A stretch of 13,732 bases of DNA from Vulcanimicrobiota bacterium (GCA_003133025.1 PKZK01000087.1:1-13732), one strand, 5' to 3'; positions 1 to 8,511 are shown, numbered from the stretch's first letter. Notes: generated from the sequence alone by a model not told the origin. Translations and numbers: made by a program.

Positions 1-18
1 CACGCGAAAGGACCCTGG

Positions 19-573
19 ATGATCGCTCAGGTTGGTAAACCTGCCCCCGAATTCAAGCTCAAGAGCACCAAAAACGCGACCGGCCCGAAGGACCTCGGCT
101 TCGAGATCAGCCTCGCCGACTATCGCGGCAAGTGGCTCGTGTTCTTTTTCTACCCGCTCGACTTCACGTTCGTTTGCCCGACCGAGATCCTCGCGCTCTC
201 GGATCGCTACGAAGACTTCACCGCGCTCGGCGCCGACGTGCTCGGTTGCTCGACCGACTCGGTCTTCAGCCACTGGGCCTGGATCAGCACACCCGTCGCG
301 CAGAACGGCATCGCCGGCCTGAAGTACCCGTTGGTTGCCGATTACAAGAAAGAGACGGCCCTCGCGTACAACGTGCTCGACGAAGACGACGGCAAGGCGC
401 AGCGTGGCCTCTTCATCATCGATCCCGAAGGCGTCTTGCGCTATTCGACGGTCACCGCCGATAACGTCGGCCGCAGCGTCGACGAAACGTTGCGCGTGCT
501 GCAGGCGCTGCAAACCGGCGGGCTGTGCCCCGCGGAATGGAAGCCGGGGAAGCAACTCCTCTCGGTCGCGTAG
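19..573 (+). CDS. ahpC: Typical 2-Cys peroxiredoxin (AhpC/Prx1 family; B. subtilis YkuU/AhpA-like)
   Basis: Peroxidatic motif FFYPLDFTFVCPTE, RGLFIIDPEG, and C-terminal GRSVDETLRVLQALQTGGLCPAEWKPG carrying the resolving Cys. SD-like AAAGGA at 7-12. Confidence 0.96.
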   Translation: MIAQVGKPAPEFKLKSTKNATGPKDLGFEISLADYRGKWLVFFFYPLDFTFVCPTEILALSDRYEDFTALGADVLGCSTDSVFSHWAWISTPVAQNGIAGLKYPLVADYKKETALAYNVLDEDDGKAQRGLFIIDPEGVLRYSTVTADNVGRSVDETLRVLQALQTGGLCPAEWKPGKQLLSVA

Positions 574-577
574 TCCG

Positions 578-1054
578 ATGGCCTTGCGCATGCGTAGCCC
601 GCTGCCCGCGCTGTCGGGCGTCGCGACCTGGATCAACGCCGAGCCGATGCAAGCCGAACTCGCCGATGCGCCGTTGGTCGTGCACTTTTGGTCGATCAGT
701 TGCTACATCTGCCACGACGTTGCCGAGCAAGTCGCGGCGTGGCGCGAACGCTTCGAACCGCTCGGCGTAAAGTTCGTGGCAATACACCAACCGCGCGGGC
801 CCGAAGAACTCGATCTCGCCAAGGTCACCGCCGACGCGCTGGGTCCGATGGGTTTGACCCAACCCTGCGCGGTCGATAACGAGCACACGCTCGTGGACCG
901 ATTCGAAAATCAATTCGTCCCGGCGTATTACGTGTTCGACCGTAACCACCAACTGCGTCACTTCCAAGCCGGCGATAAGGGCTACGACCGCATCGTCGGT
1001 GCCATCGAGCGCGTCCTCGCTGAGGAGCCCGCGCCCGCTCCGGCCGGCGCCTAG
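578..1054 (+). CDS. ykuV: TlpA-like thiol-disulfide oxidoreductase (YkuV/AhpT-like), likely reductant of the upstream peroxiredoxin
   Basis: ATG 4 nt after the ahpC stop, inside track ORF 335..1054. HFWSISCYIC contains a CxxC. VAIHQPR and FENQFVPAYYVFD...LRHFQAG match my recollection of YkuV. Confidence 0.88.
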   Translation: MALRMRSPLPALSGVATWINAEPMQAELADAPLVVHFWSISCYICHDVAEQVAAWRERFEPLGVKFVAIHQPRGPEELDLAKVTADALGPMGLTQPCAVDNEHTLVDRFENQFVPAYYVFDRNHQLRHFQAGDKGYDRIVGAIERVLAEEPAPAPAGA

Positions 1055-1102
1055 GAGCTCGTAGGGCTTCTCGGCTCCGAGACCCGAGTCGACACATCCA
1101 TT

Positions 1103-1148
1103 GAGGCCGCCCGGCGCACGCTGCGACCGTCGGGCGGCTTCTCTATTT
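1103..1148 (+). terminator. Probable intrinsic terminator of ahpC-ykuV
   Basis: 14-bp stem GAGGCCGCCCGGCG (1103-1116) / CGTCGGGCGGCTTC (1128-1141) with two G-U pairs on the + strand, followed by TCTATTT. Confidence 0.6.
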
Positions 1149-1192
1149 GCGAGTAGGTGAAGCCGGCGAGCGTACCTAAGGCCTGATGTCCT

Positions 1193-4000
1193 GTGTCGCG
1201 CCTGGGATCTACGGAATCATCTATACCGGACCGGCTGGAGGCGCTTTCGAGCGCTCTCGATTTGCTGCCGGTCGTCGCATATCTCAGCGACACCGACGGC
1301 AACATCACGTTCGTCTCGACCGGCTGGCAACGGTATACCGGAAACGATGCGCGCGACCTGATGGGGCGAGGTTATCTCGCCCTCGTGCATCCGGACGACC
1401 TCGACGTCGCGCTTGCGGCCTACGAGCGTTCGCGCGCCGCGGGCAGCATCTTTAGTCAGGAAGTGCGGCTGCGCTTTGGCGACGGTTCCTACCGTTGGGT
1501 CTCCACCCGCGCGGATCCGATCCGCGACGAAGCCGGTGAGATCCGTGCATGGTGCGGCCTCATCCGCGAAGTGCACGAGTGGCGCCTCGCCGAGCAGGCC
1601 ATGCGCGAAGCCTTGCGCGCCGCGGACGAGCGAGCCGATTCGTTGGCGCGTTCTGAAGAGCGTTACCGCCTGCTCGGCGAGTCGCTTCCCGGCACGACCT
1701 GGACCGCAACGCCCGACGGAAAACTCGATCACGTCACCGGTGGCAATCTGCGGGTCGCGCTTCGGCCTGTGGAAACACGGTTGGGCGACGGCTGGCTCGA
1801 CGGGCTCCATCCCGACGATCGCGAGCGGGCACGCGCGCGCTGGCGCGCATCCGTGGAGAGCGGGGAGCCATACGATATACAGTTCCGCGTGCGCATGGCC
1901 GGAGGCGAGCATCGCTGGCACCTCGTCCGCGCCTTGCCGCAACGCGACGAATCGGGCGCGATCGTGCGTTGGGTGGGCGTGAACGTCGATATCGACGACC
2001 AGCGCCGCGCCGACGAGGCGCGCGAGAAATTCGTCGCGCTCGTGGAGAATAGCGGCGACATCATCGCGATGACCGACGGCGAAGGCCGGTTGACCTACGC
2101 CAATCCGGCCGCACGCGAACTGCTCGGCATCGACGCTTCGCGTCTCACGCACATCATCGAATGCTTCCGGCCCGAGGATCGCGCCTTCGTCGAGTCGGTG
2201 ATCGTGCCCGCGATCGAACGCGAAGGCCGCTACGTCAGCGAGTTTCAGATGCAGAACGTGCGCACGGGCGCCGCGGTGCCGATCCTGCATAGCGCCTTCG
2301 CCCTTACGGGCGCCAACGGCGAGAAGCTCGGGATGGCGACGATCAGCCGCGATCGCCGCGACCGTCAGCGGATCGACATCGGCATGCGCGCGCTCGCCGA
2401 GGCGGGCGCCGTGATGTACAATTCGCTCGACTACGAGCAGACGCTGCGCAACATCGCCGAAGCCGTCGCTCGAACCTACGCGACGTTCTGCTCGATCGAC
2501 GTGGTGGACGGCGACGGCGCGTTCCGTCGCGTTGCGGTCGCGCATTCCGATCCCGAGCTGCGTCGCTTTCTGCTGCGCTACGCCGACCAGGGCCGGTTTT
2601 CCGATTCGCACCCGGTGTCGCGCGCGATTCTGCTGGGCGCGTCGACGTGCGTCACCGATGCGGCCTCCGGCTGGGCGGATTCTTTTACGCCGTCGTTGCA
2701 GTCTGCGTTCGATACGTTGCGCGTGCGCTCGTTCGTGACCGTTCCGGTGCGTGCGCCCGACGGTACGATCCTCGGCGCCCTGAGCTGTTCGCTCGATCTC
2801 GACGATCTCGACCGTCCGTCGTACACGCCCGACGATCTGCCCTTCGCCGAGGAGCTGGGCCGGCGCGCGGGCATTGCCGTGCAGCACGCGCGCGCATACG
2901 AACGCGAACACGCGATCGCCATGCGCTTTCAGGAAGCGTCGTTGCCGGGCAACCTTCCGCAAACGCCGGGCGTCGTGCTCTCGGCCGATTACCGCCCGGG
3001 TAATACGGAGGCCACGATCGGCGGCGACTGGTACGACGCGTTCGCGCTCGAGGACGGACGGCTGGTGATCACGATCGGCGACGTGCTGGGCAAGGGGCTC
3101 GATGCGGCGGTAACGATGGCCAAAGTCCGCCAAGCGATGCGCTCCGCGGCTGCACTCTTGCCCGATCCGCTCGCGATGCTCACCGCGGCCGACAGCGCGG
3201 TGCGCGACGTCGCGCCCGACACCTATGCGACCGCGCTCGCCGCCGTCTACGATCCGCGCAGCCGGCAACTGACCTTCGCCACCGCCGGCCACGCCGGTCC
3301 GACCATCGTCACGGCCGACGGCACGATCGAAGATCGCGGCGCGCGCGGCATCATGCTCGGATTGCGCCCGACCGACGGAGGGGAATCCGTCACGCTCGCT
3401 GCGTCGCCGGGCTCGGCGTTCGTGTTCTTCACCGACGGGTTGACCGAGGCGACGCGCGATCTCGACGAGGGTTATCGTCGTCTGCATGCGGCCCTCGGGA
3501 CGCCGTACGTCGTGGCTGCGAAGAATCCGGCGCGCGAGCTCGTCGACCACGTGTTGGACGGTCGCGCCGCAGCCGACGACGTGGCCGTGCTCGTCGCGCA
3601 GATCGCGCCGCTGCCGGTGCGCGGAACGTGGCGCGTGCCGGCTCGGGTCGATGAGGTCGCCATCGTGCGCAAGGCCGTGCGCACGTTGTTGCGCGAGGCG
3701 GCGATCGATGACGACGATCGTTCCAGGCTCGAACTCGCCGCGGGCGAACTCGCGTCGAACGCGGTGAAGTACGGCCGTGGTGGTTTCGTCGAGGTGTCGC
3801 TCGAGATTCTCGGCGAGCGCGCGGCGTTGGGCGTGGTTAATTCCGGCGACATCTTCGAACCGCCGAGCGTCGATCTGCGTTCGATCGGGCTGGGCGAAAG
3901 CGGACGAGGTCTCGCGCTGCTCTGCGAACTGGGCTTCACGCTCTCGATCGCCCGCGCCGCCGAGTGTTGCGCGGTAACCGCAACGCTCGATTTGCGCTAA
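1193..4000 (+). CDS. Multi-sensor PP2C/SpoIIE (RsbU-like) phosphatase: 3x PAS, GAF, SpoIIE, C-terminal RsbW-like HATPase_c
   Basis: PAS/PAC motifs (VHPDD..., LHPDD..., G.YRW), a GAF segment (FAEELGRRAGIAV), PP2C motifs GGDWYD, IGDVLGKG, FTDGLTE and ADDVAV, and HATPase N-box ELASNAVKYG plus ESGRGL. The GTG start at 1193 is uncertain. Confidence 0.92.
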   Translation: MSRLGSTESSIPDRLEALSSALDLLPVVAYLSDTDGNITFVSTGWQRYTGNDARDLMGRGYLALVHPDDLDVALAAYERSRAAGSIFSQEVRLRFGDGSYRWVSTRADPIRDEAGEIRAWCGLIREVHEWRLAEQAMREALRAADERADSLARSEERYRLLGESLPGTTWTATPDGKLDHVTGGNLRVALRPVETRLGDGWLDGLHPDDRERARARWRASVESGEPYDIQFRVRMAGGEHRWHLVRALPQRDESGAIVRWVGVNVDIDDQRRADEAREKFVALVENSGDIIAMTDGEGRLTYANPAARELLGIDASRLTHIIECFRPEDRAFVESVIVPAIEREGRYVSEFQMQNVRTGAAVPILHSAFALTGANGEKLGMATISRDRRDRQRIDIGMRALAEAGAVMYNSLDYEQTLRNIAEAVARTYATFCSIDVVDGDGAFRRVAVAHSDPELRRFLLRYADQGRFSDSHPVSRAILLGASTCVTDAASGWADSFTPSLQSAFDTLRVRSFVTVPVRAPDGTILGALSCSLDLDDLDRPSYTPDDLPFAEELGRRAGIAVQHARAYEREHAIAMRFQEASLPGNLPQTPGVVLSADYRPGNTEATIGGDWYDAFALEDGRLVITIGDVLGKGLDAAVTMAKVRQAMRSAAALLPDPLAMLTAADSAVRDVAPDTYATALAAVYDPRSRQLTFATAGHAGPTIVTADGTIEDRGARGIMLGLRPTDGGESVTLAASPGSAFVFFTDGLTEATRDLDEGYRRLHAALGTPYVVAAKNPARELVDHVLDGRAAADDVAVLVAQIAPLPVRGTWRVPARVDEVAIVRKAVRTLLREAAIDDDDRSRLELAAGELASNAVKYGRGGFVEVSLEILGERAALGVVNSGDIFEPPSVDLRSIGLGESGRGLALLCELGFTLSIARAAECCAVTATLDLR

Positions 4001-4001
4001 A

Positions 4002-5558
4002 TTACACCGGCGTCTTCGGGTAGTCGCGGCGCAGGCGTGCGGCGCTCTCGAGCGCGTCCATCACCGCGAGCGCAACGTCCTCGCGCCAGGGCCGTGCGAT
4101 GACTTGCACGCCGATGGGCAAACCTTCGCTGCCGATCTCGCTCTTGAAGGCCGCGTTCTCGAGCCGGTCGCGCGACCGCGAGCGGCCGACGGCTTCGTCC
4201 TTATCGACGCGCGTGAAGGGCACGACGCCCGCCGGATAGCCGAGCAGATTGTAGAGCGTGGCGTACGGGCCGGCCGTGCCGATCGCGCGGCTCGCTCCGT
4301 GACGCAGCGCGGGTAACGCGCAGGCCGGCGCGATCAGCGCGTCCAGCGGTCCGCCCTCGGCATCGTCGAGCGCGGCGCGGAATTGCTGCCGGTAGGCCTG
4401 CTGGCCCGACACCGCTTGCCAATAGTCGGCCGCGCTGTGGAAGCCGTGCATGTCGGCCAGATCCGCCGTGCCCTTCTGCCCGAGCGCGCGCAGCGCGCGG
4501 ACGATCAATTCGACGGTGGGACGCGACTTCGAGGCGATCGAGAGCAGGTCGTCGACGCGCGGATCGCGCCGGTCGTCGCCGAGAAACGCGATGGCCGCGC
4601 GCGCGCCGTCTGCGGCGAGGATGCGATAGAAGAGCGCGAGCGAGAGATCGGGATCGGGCGGCACGAAGGGCACGACCTGCGCGCCCGAACGCGCGAGCGC
4701 GCCCGCGGCTTCTTCGACCGCGCGCGCGACGGCGGGGGCGACGCCGAACGAACCGGCTTCGACGTATGCGCCCACGCGCAGGCCCGCGACGTCGACGGAA
4801 TAGGCCGCGCGTAGCGGCGGTGCGGGCGCGTCGTCGTCGCCGCCGCGGCCCAGCACTTCGAGCGCGAGCGCGATGTCGGCCACGTCGCGCGCGAGTATGC
4901 CCGCCTGACTCTCGATCGCGGTTTCGCCGGGGAAGAGTTCCGGCGTGGTGCGGTCGGGGTACCGGCCTGCCGTGGGTTTGAGCCCGGCGATGCCGCAGAA
5001 CGCCGCAGGCACGCGGATGCTGCCGCCGATGTCGGTGCCCAGGCCGAAGGGCGAGCCGCCCGCGGCGACGAGCGCGGCTTGGCCGCCGCTGCTGCCGCCC
5101 GGCGTGCGTTGCAGGTCCCATGGATTATTGCTGCGCCCATACAGCGGGTTGTCGGATTCGATGAAGACCATCAATTGAGACACGTTGGTCTTGCCCAGCA
5201 CGATCGCGCCCGCTTCGCGCAAACGCGCGACGTACGGTCCGTCGCGAACGGCGACGTGCTCGCGCCGCGAACGCAGGCCCAGGGTCGTCGGCAACCCGGC
5301 GACGTCGAGCGATTCCTTGACCGTGATCGGTACGCCGTGCAGCGCGCCGCGCGGTTTGCTCGAACCGCGCTCGCCGTCGGCGGCGCGTGCTTCGGCGCGC
5401 GCCGCGTCGAAACGTTCGCAGACCAGCGCATTGAGCGGTGCGTTGACCTCTCGGATGCGCCGAATGTGGGCCTCCACGGCCTCCACTGCGGATAGTTCGC
5501 CGCGCGCGATCAGCGCCGCGATCTCGGCCGCCGAAAGCCGCCATATCTCACCGGCCAT
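4002..5558 (-). CDS. Amidase-signature family hydrolase (FAAH-like)
   Basis: LHGVPITVKE (catalytic Lys), TPGGSSGG and GTDIGGSIRVPA (Ser-cisSer), GLPIGVQV. Start placed at ATG 5558 (MAGEIWRLSA), not at track start 5624. Confidence 0.93.
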   Translation of the reverse strand: MAGEIWRLSAAEIAALIARGELSAVEAVEAHIRRIREVNAPLNALVCERFDAARAEARAADGERGSSKPRGALHGVPITVKESLDVAGLPTTLGLRSRREHVAVRDGPYVARLREAGAIVLGKTNVSQLMVFIESDNPLYGRSNNPWDLQRTPGGSSGGQAALVAAGGSPFGLGTDIGGSIRVPAAFCGIAGLKPTAGRYPDRTTPELFPGETAIESQAGILARDVADIALALEVLGRGGDDDAPAPPLRAAYSVDVAGLRVGAYVEAGSFGVAPAVARAVEEAAGALARSGAQVVPFVPPDPDLSLALFYRILAADGARAAIAFLGDDRRDPRVDDLLSIASKSRPTVELIVRALRALGQKGTADLADMHGFHSAADYWQAVSGQQAYRQQFRAALDDAEGGPLDALIAPACALPALRHGASRAIGTAGPYATLYNLLGYPAGVVPFTRVDKDEAVGRSRSRDRLENAAFKSEIGSEGLPIGVQVIARPWREDVALAVMDALESAARLRRDYPKTPV

Positions 5559-5629
5559 GAGGCGTCGTTTCGACGCTCGGGCGGCCTCGCCCGCGCGGGG
5601 GCCGGTTCGCCTCCGGCGAATCACTCGGC

Positions 5630-6352
5630 ATGGCCTTGAAGGTTGTGCTGCTCTCGCATTCTCCCGACCCCGAGCGCGCCGTCGCCACCGCCGCGCGGAA
5701 CTGCTACAGCCCGCGCGACATCGAGACGATCGACGAAAACTGGACCGACGCCGAGGTCGAGAAAATGGTCGGCCGCGTGCGCGATGCCGGGCACCTCTCC
5801 ACCTTCGAGCATACGATGTTCACCTTCGGCGTCTCGGGCGTTTCGCGCGCGCTGACGCATCAACTCGTGCGCCACCGGCACATGTCGTACGAGCAGAAAA
5901 GTCAGCGCTACATCAAGGTCAAGGGCCAGTTCCCGTACATCACCCCGCCCTCGATTGCGGCGCGTCCGGAGGTGAAGGCCAAGTACGACGCGCTGATGGA
6001 GCAGATCTCCGACTTCTACCAAGACGCGCTCGAAGCGGGTACGCCGCCCGAAGATGCGCGCTTCGCCTTGCCCAATGCGGCCGAGACGCAGATCGTGATC
6101 ACCGCCAACGCGCGCGCGTTGCTCGACTTCTTCACGCTGCGCACGTGCAACAACGCGCAGTGGGAGATCCGCGAACTGGCCTTTGCGATGCTCCGCTTGG
6201 CCAAGCGCGCCGCGCCGACGCTCTTCGTACGCGCGGGCGCCACCTGCGTGCGCGGCTATTGCAACGAGCCCAACGGGCCCGAGTGCCCGCGCTACGTGCT
6301 CGTGCGCAACCCCGTGGCCGCCCGTCGCGCCGAACCGGCAAAGGCAAGCTAA
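5630..6352 (+). CDS. thyX: Flavin-dependent thymidylate synthase ThyX
   Basis: GHLSTFEH, VSRALTHQLVRHRHMSYEQKSQRY (RHRx7S motif), EDARFALP, NARALLDF, AQWEIR. Confidence 0.96.
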   Translation: MALKVVLLSHSPDPERAVATAARNCYSPRDIETIDENWTDAEVEKMVGRVRDAGHLSTFEHTMFTFGVSGVSRALTHQLVRHRHMSYEQKSQRYIKVKGQFPYITPPSIAARPEVKAKYDALMEQISDFYQDALEAGTPPEDARFALPNAAETQIVITANARALLDFFTLRTCNNAQWEIRELAFAMLRLAKRAAPTLFVRAGATCVRGYCNEPNGPECPRYVLVRNPVAARRAEPAKAS

Positions 6353-7620
6353 CGCGGCCCCTGCTGGTCGCGATCGCGTTCTGCCTCGGGCTCGCAGCGT
6401 GGGTTCCCGCCGCGGCGTCGGCTTCGGGAGCATCGCCCGCGCAGGCCTACGTCGATCGCCGCGTCACCGCGCTGCCGAGTTCGGCCCTGCTGCACGACGA
6501 TCCGCGGACGCTCATCGATCCGCGCCGGCAACAGATCGCGGGCACGCTCGTCGTCTACCGCCGCGTTCTCTTTCTCTTCTGGGCGTTCTCGCAGATCTAC
6601 GTGCTCTTCTGGGTGTGGCGCAGTGGAACGGCCGCGCGCATTCGCGACGCGCTGCGGCGCTCGGTGCGCAATCCGGTGCTCTTGCGTTTCTGCTTCGGCA
6701 CGGCGCTCGGCGCCATTGCCGGCGTCGCCTCGATTCCGGCCTCGCTCGCGCGCTATCGCGTGGCCCTGGTCTTCGATCAATCGAGCCAACCCATCGCGCA
6801 GTGGGCGCTCGACGGTCTGCTGCGGCTCACGCTCGATGCGGTCGCCGTGGGCCTCGTGGTTGCGCTCGCCCTGACGCTCGTGGAACGCACGCGGCAGTGG
6901 TGGATCTACTCGATCGTGGGGCTCTTCGCGGCGAGCATCGTGGTCGGCTGGCTCGAGCCCGTCACCATCGCGCCGCTCTTCAACAGCTACGTGCCCTTGG
7001 CTGCGACCGATCCGTTAGCGCCGCGGCTGCACGCGCTCGCGGAGAAAGCCAAGGTGCCGCGCGCGCCGTTCTACGTGGCCAACGTTTCGCGTCAAACGGA
7101 TCTGCCCAGCGCCCGCGTCCTGGGGTATGCCGGCACGGCGCGCATCGTGCTGGGCGATACGCTCTTTCGCGAATTGACGCCGGGCGAGATCGAGTTCGCG
7201 GCCGCGCAACAATTGGATTTATACCGGCACGGCGACGCGGCGCGCACCTCGTTCGTCTTCGCGTTTCTCTTCGTGCTCTCGATTGCAGCGGGCGTGCTGC
7301 TGACCGACCGGGTGCGCTTTCGCGGCGACGACGACGCGCTTTCGCGACTGGCGCTGGTGGGCGCGCTCTCGGGCCTCGCGGGGCTCGTGGCCTATCCGCT
7401 GTACAACGGCTATTCGCGGCACATCGAGCGTAAAGCCGATGTGTTCGCACTCGAATTGACCGGCGATCGCGCCTCCGCCGTGCGCGCGTTCGTGCGCGCC
7501 GCCGACACGCGTTTCGTGCCCTTCTGCACGCCGCGTGCGGTCGAGATCTACTTCTCGGCCGAACCTTCGCTGGGCACGCGCATCGCCTCGGCCACCGGGC
7601 GGCTCAACCCCTGTCGCTGA
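6349..7620 (+). CDS. M48 (Ste24/HtpX-like) membrane peptidase homolog with a degenerate zinc site
   Basis: Signal-like N-terminus and several TM segments. PLFN, SRQT, RIVLGDTL, EIEFAAAQQLDL (HExxH position), SRHIERKADVFA and EPSLGTRI (HP..RI position). Start uncertain: CTA 6349 overlapping the thyX stop, CTG 6361, or GTG 6283 inside thyX. Confidence 0.85.
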   Translation, partial: LTRPLLVAIAFCLGLAAWVPAAASASGASPAQAYVDRRVTALPSSALLHDDPRTLIDPRRQQIAGTLVVYRRVLFLFWAFSQIYVLFWVWRSGTAARIRDALRRSVRNPVLLRFCFGTALGAIAGVASIPASLARYRVALVFDQSSQPIAQWALDGLLRLTLDAVAVGLVVALALTLVERTRQWWIYSIVGLFAASIVVGWLEPVTIAPLFNSYVPLAATDPLAPRLHALAEKAKVPRAPFYVANVSRQTDLPSARVLGYAGTARIVLGDTLFRELTPGEIEFAAAQQLDLYRHGDAARTSFVFAFLFVLSIAAGVLLTDRVRFRGDDDALSRLALVGALSGLAGLVAYPLYNGYSRHIERKADVFALELTGDRASAVRAFVRAADTRFVPFCTPRAVEIYFSAEPSLGTRIASATGRLNPCR

Positions 7621-7629
7621 AAGCCGCCG

Positions 7630-8511
7630 CTACGCGGGCGGGCTGGCCTTGGGTGCAGGCGCAGGCGCAGGCATCTGCATCGGCATGTGCATGGGAGATG
7701 CATTTCCCAGGATCACTTCCAGCGGGTTCTTGACCAGCTTGTAGCCCGCGGGCAAGAGAAATGCGGAGGCCGGGGGATCGCGCCTGTCGATCGAGGTGAC
7801 TTCGGCGCGCAGCGTGCCGGTGAGTCCGCTCTGTGCGGCGACCTTCAGCGTGAAGAGCAACGGCAAGCCGCCGAGATCGTCGGCGGTCTGCAACTCGCCG
7901 TTGAGATCGTTCACCTTGCCGTCGTTGGTTTCGGTGTGCAGATGGTAGGTGAAGCCGGTCGAGGGATGACCGATGGTGGTACCGTGCCCGCTCAAGTCCG
8001 CGCCGATCGAAAAAGCCTTGAGATTCTTGAGCCCGGCGAACGGCGACGTGTCGGCCTTGGGCGGCGCGCTGCGCGCGGGCGCAGGCGTCGGCCTGGGCGG
8101 CGCGCTCGGGGCGCCCAGCGGCGACGGCGGCTTGGGCACGTCGCCCACGAAATAGGTGCGCCGCGCTGACGACCAGATGACGTAGCGTTGCGTCGTCCGG
8201 TTGAGCACGAGCGTCAGCGGGCCGGGCAAGATCTGCACCGCCGTCGCGTTGCCGCTCGCGAGCGACAAGGCGGTGATGTCGATGCGCGATCGATCCGCGC
8301 CCTGCTCGAAGGCCATGTTACCGGTGAAGGCCATCGGCCTGCCCGCCGGATTGGTGAAGTTCACGTCGAGCTGCGCCGCACCGACGACCCCGCGCGGCGT
8401 GGCGACGGCCGCGGGCGCGGCCGGAGCGGGGTCGGAACGCGAAACGCCCGGGAGCAGCACCGCACTCGCCAGCAGCGCGCAACCGAGCGCCGCCGCGCGG
8501 GCGCGGCTCAA
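7630..8511 (-). CDS. Exported protein, DUF4412-like
   Basis: TTG start overlaps the upstream TGA (TTGA). Signal peptide MSRARAAALGCALLASAVLL, Pro-rich linker, and GTTIGHP and PPASAFLLPAGYKLV resembling DUF4412-type motifs. Confidence 0.7.
   Translation of the reverse strand: MSRARAAALGCALLASAVLLPGVSRSDPAPAAPAAVATPRGVVGAAQLDVNFTNPAGRPMAFTGNMAFEQGADRSRIDITALSLASGNATAVQILPGPLTLVLNRTTQRYVIWSSARRTYFVGDVPKPPSPLGAPSAPPRPTPAPARSAPPKADTSPFAGLKNLKAFSIGADLSGHGTTIGHPSTGFTYHLHTETNDGKVNDLNGELQTADDLGGLPLLFTLKVAAQSGLTGTLRAEVTSIDRRDPPASAFLLPAGYKLVKNPLEVILGNASPMHMPMQMPAPAPAPKASPPA

Noticed and set aside
335..577. N-terminal extension of the YkuV-like ORF overlapping ahpC
   Set aside because: Off-frame read of ahpC; similarity begins at ATG 578.
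1058..1088. Imperfect hairpin right after the ykuV stop (TCTCGG-CT-CCGAGA core)
   Set aside because: Very short loop, no U-tract and no second copy in the window; the hairpin at 1103-1141 is the better terminator.
1217..3550. 777-aa antisense ORF
   Set aside because: Shadow of the PAS/PP2C gene, expected with high GC3; no recognisable motifs.
6244..6290. Cys cluster CVRGYCNEPNGPEC at the ThyX C-terminus
   Set aside because: Similar Cys-containing tails are common in ThyX proteins as I recall them; not distinctive.
5185..7620. 811-aa track ORF spanning the amidase antisense, thyX and the M48-like gene
   Set aside because: The first ~390 codons are Arg/Ala-rich off-frame sequence overlapping two real genes; only the part from about 6349 looks like a real protein.
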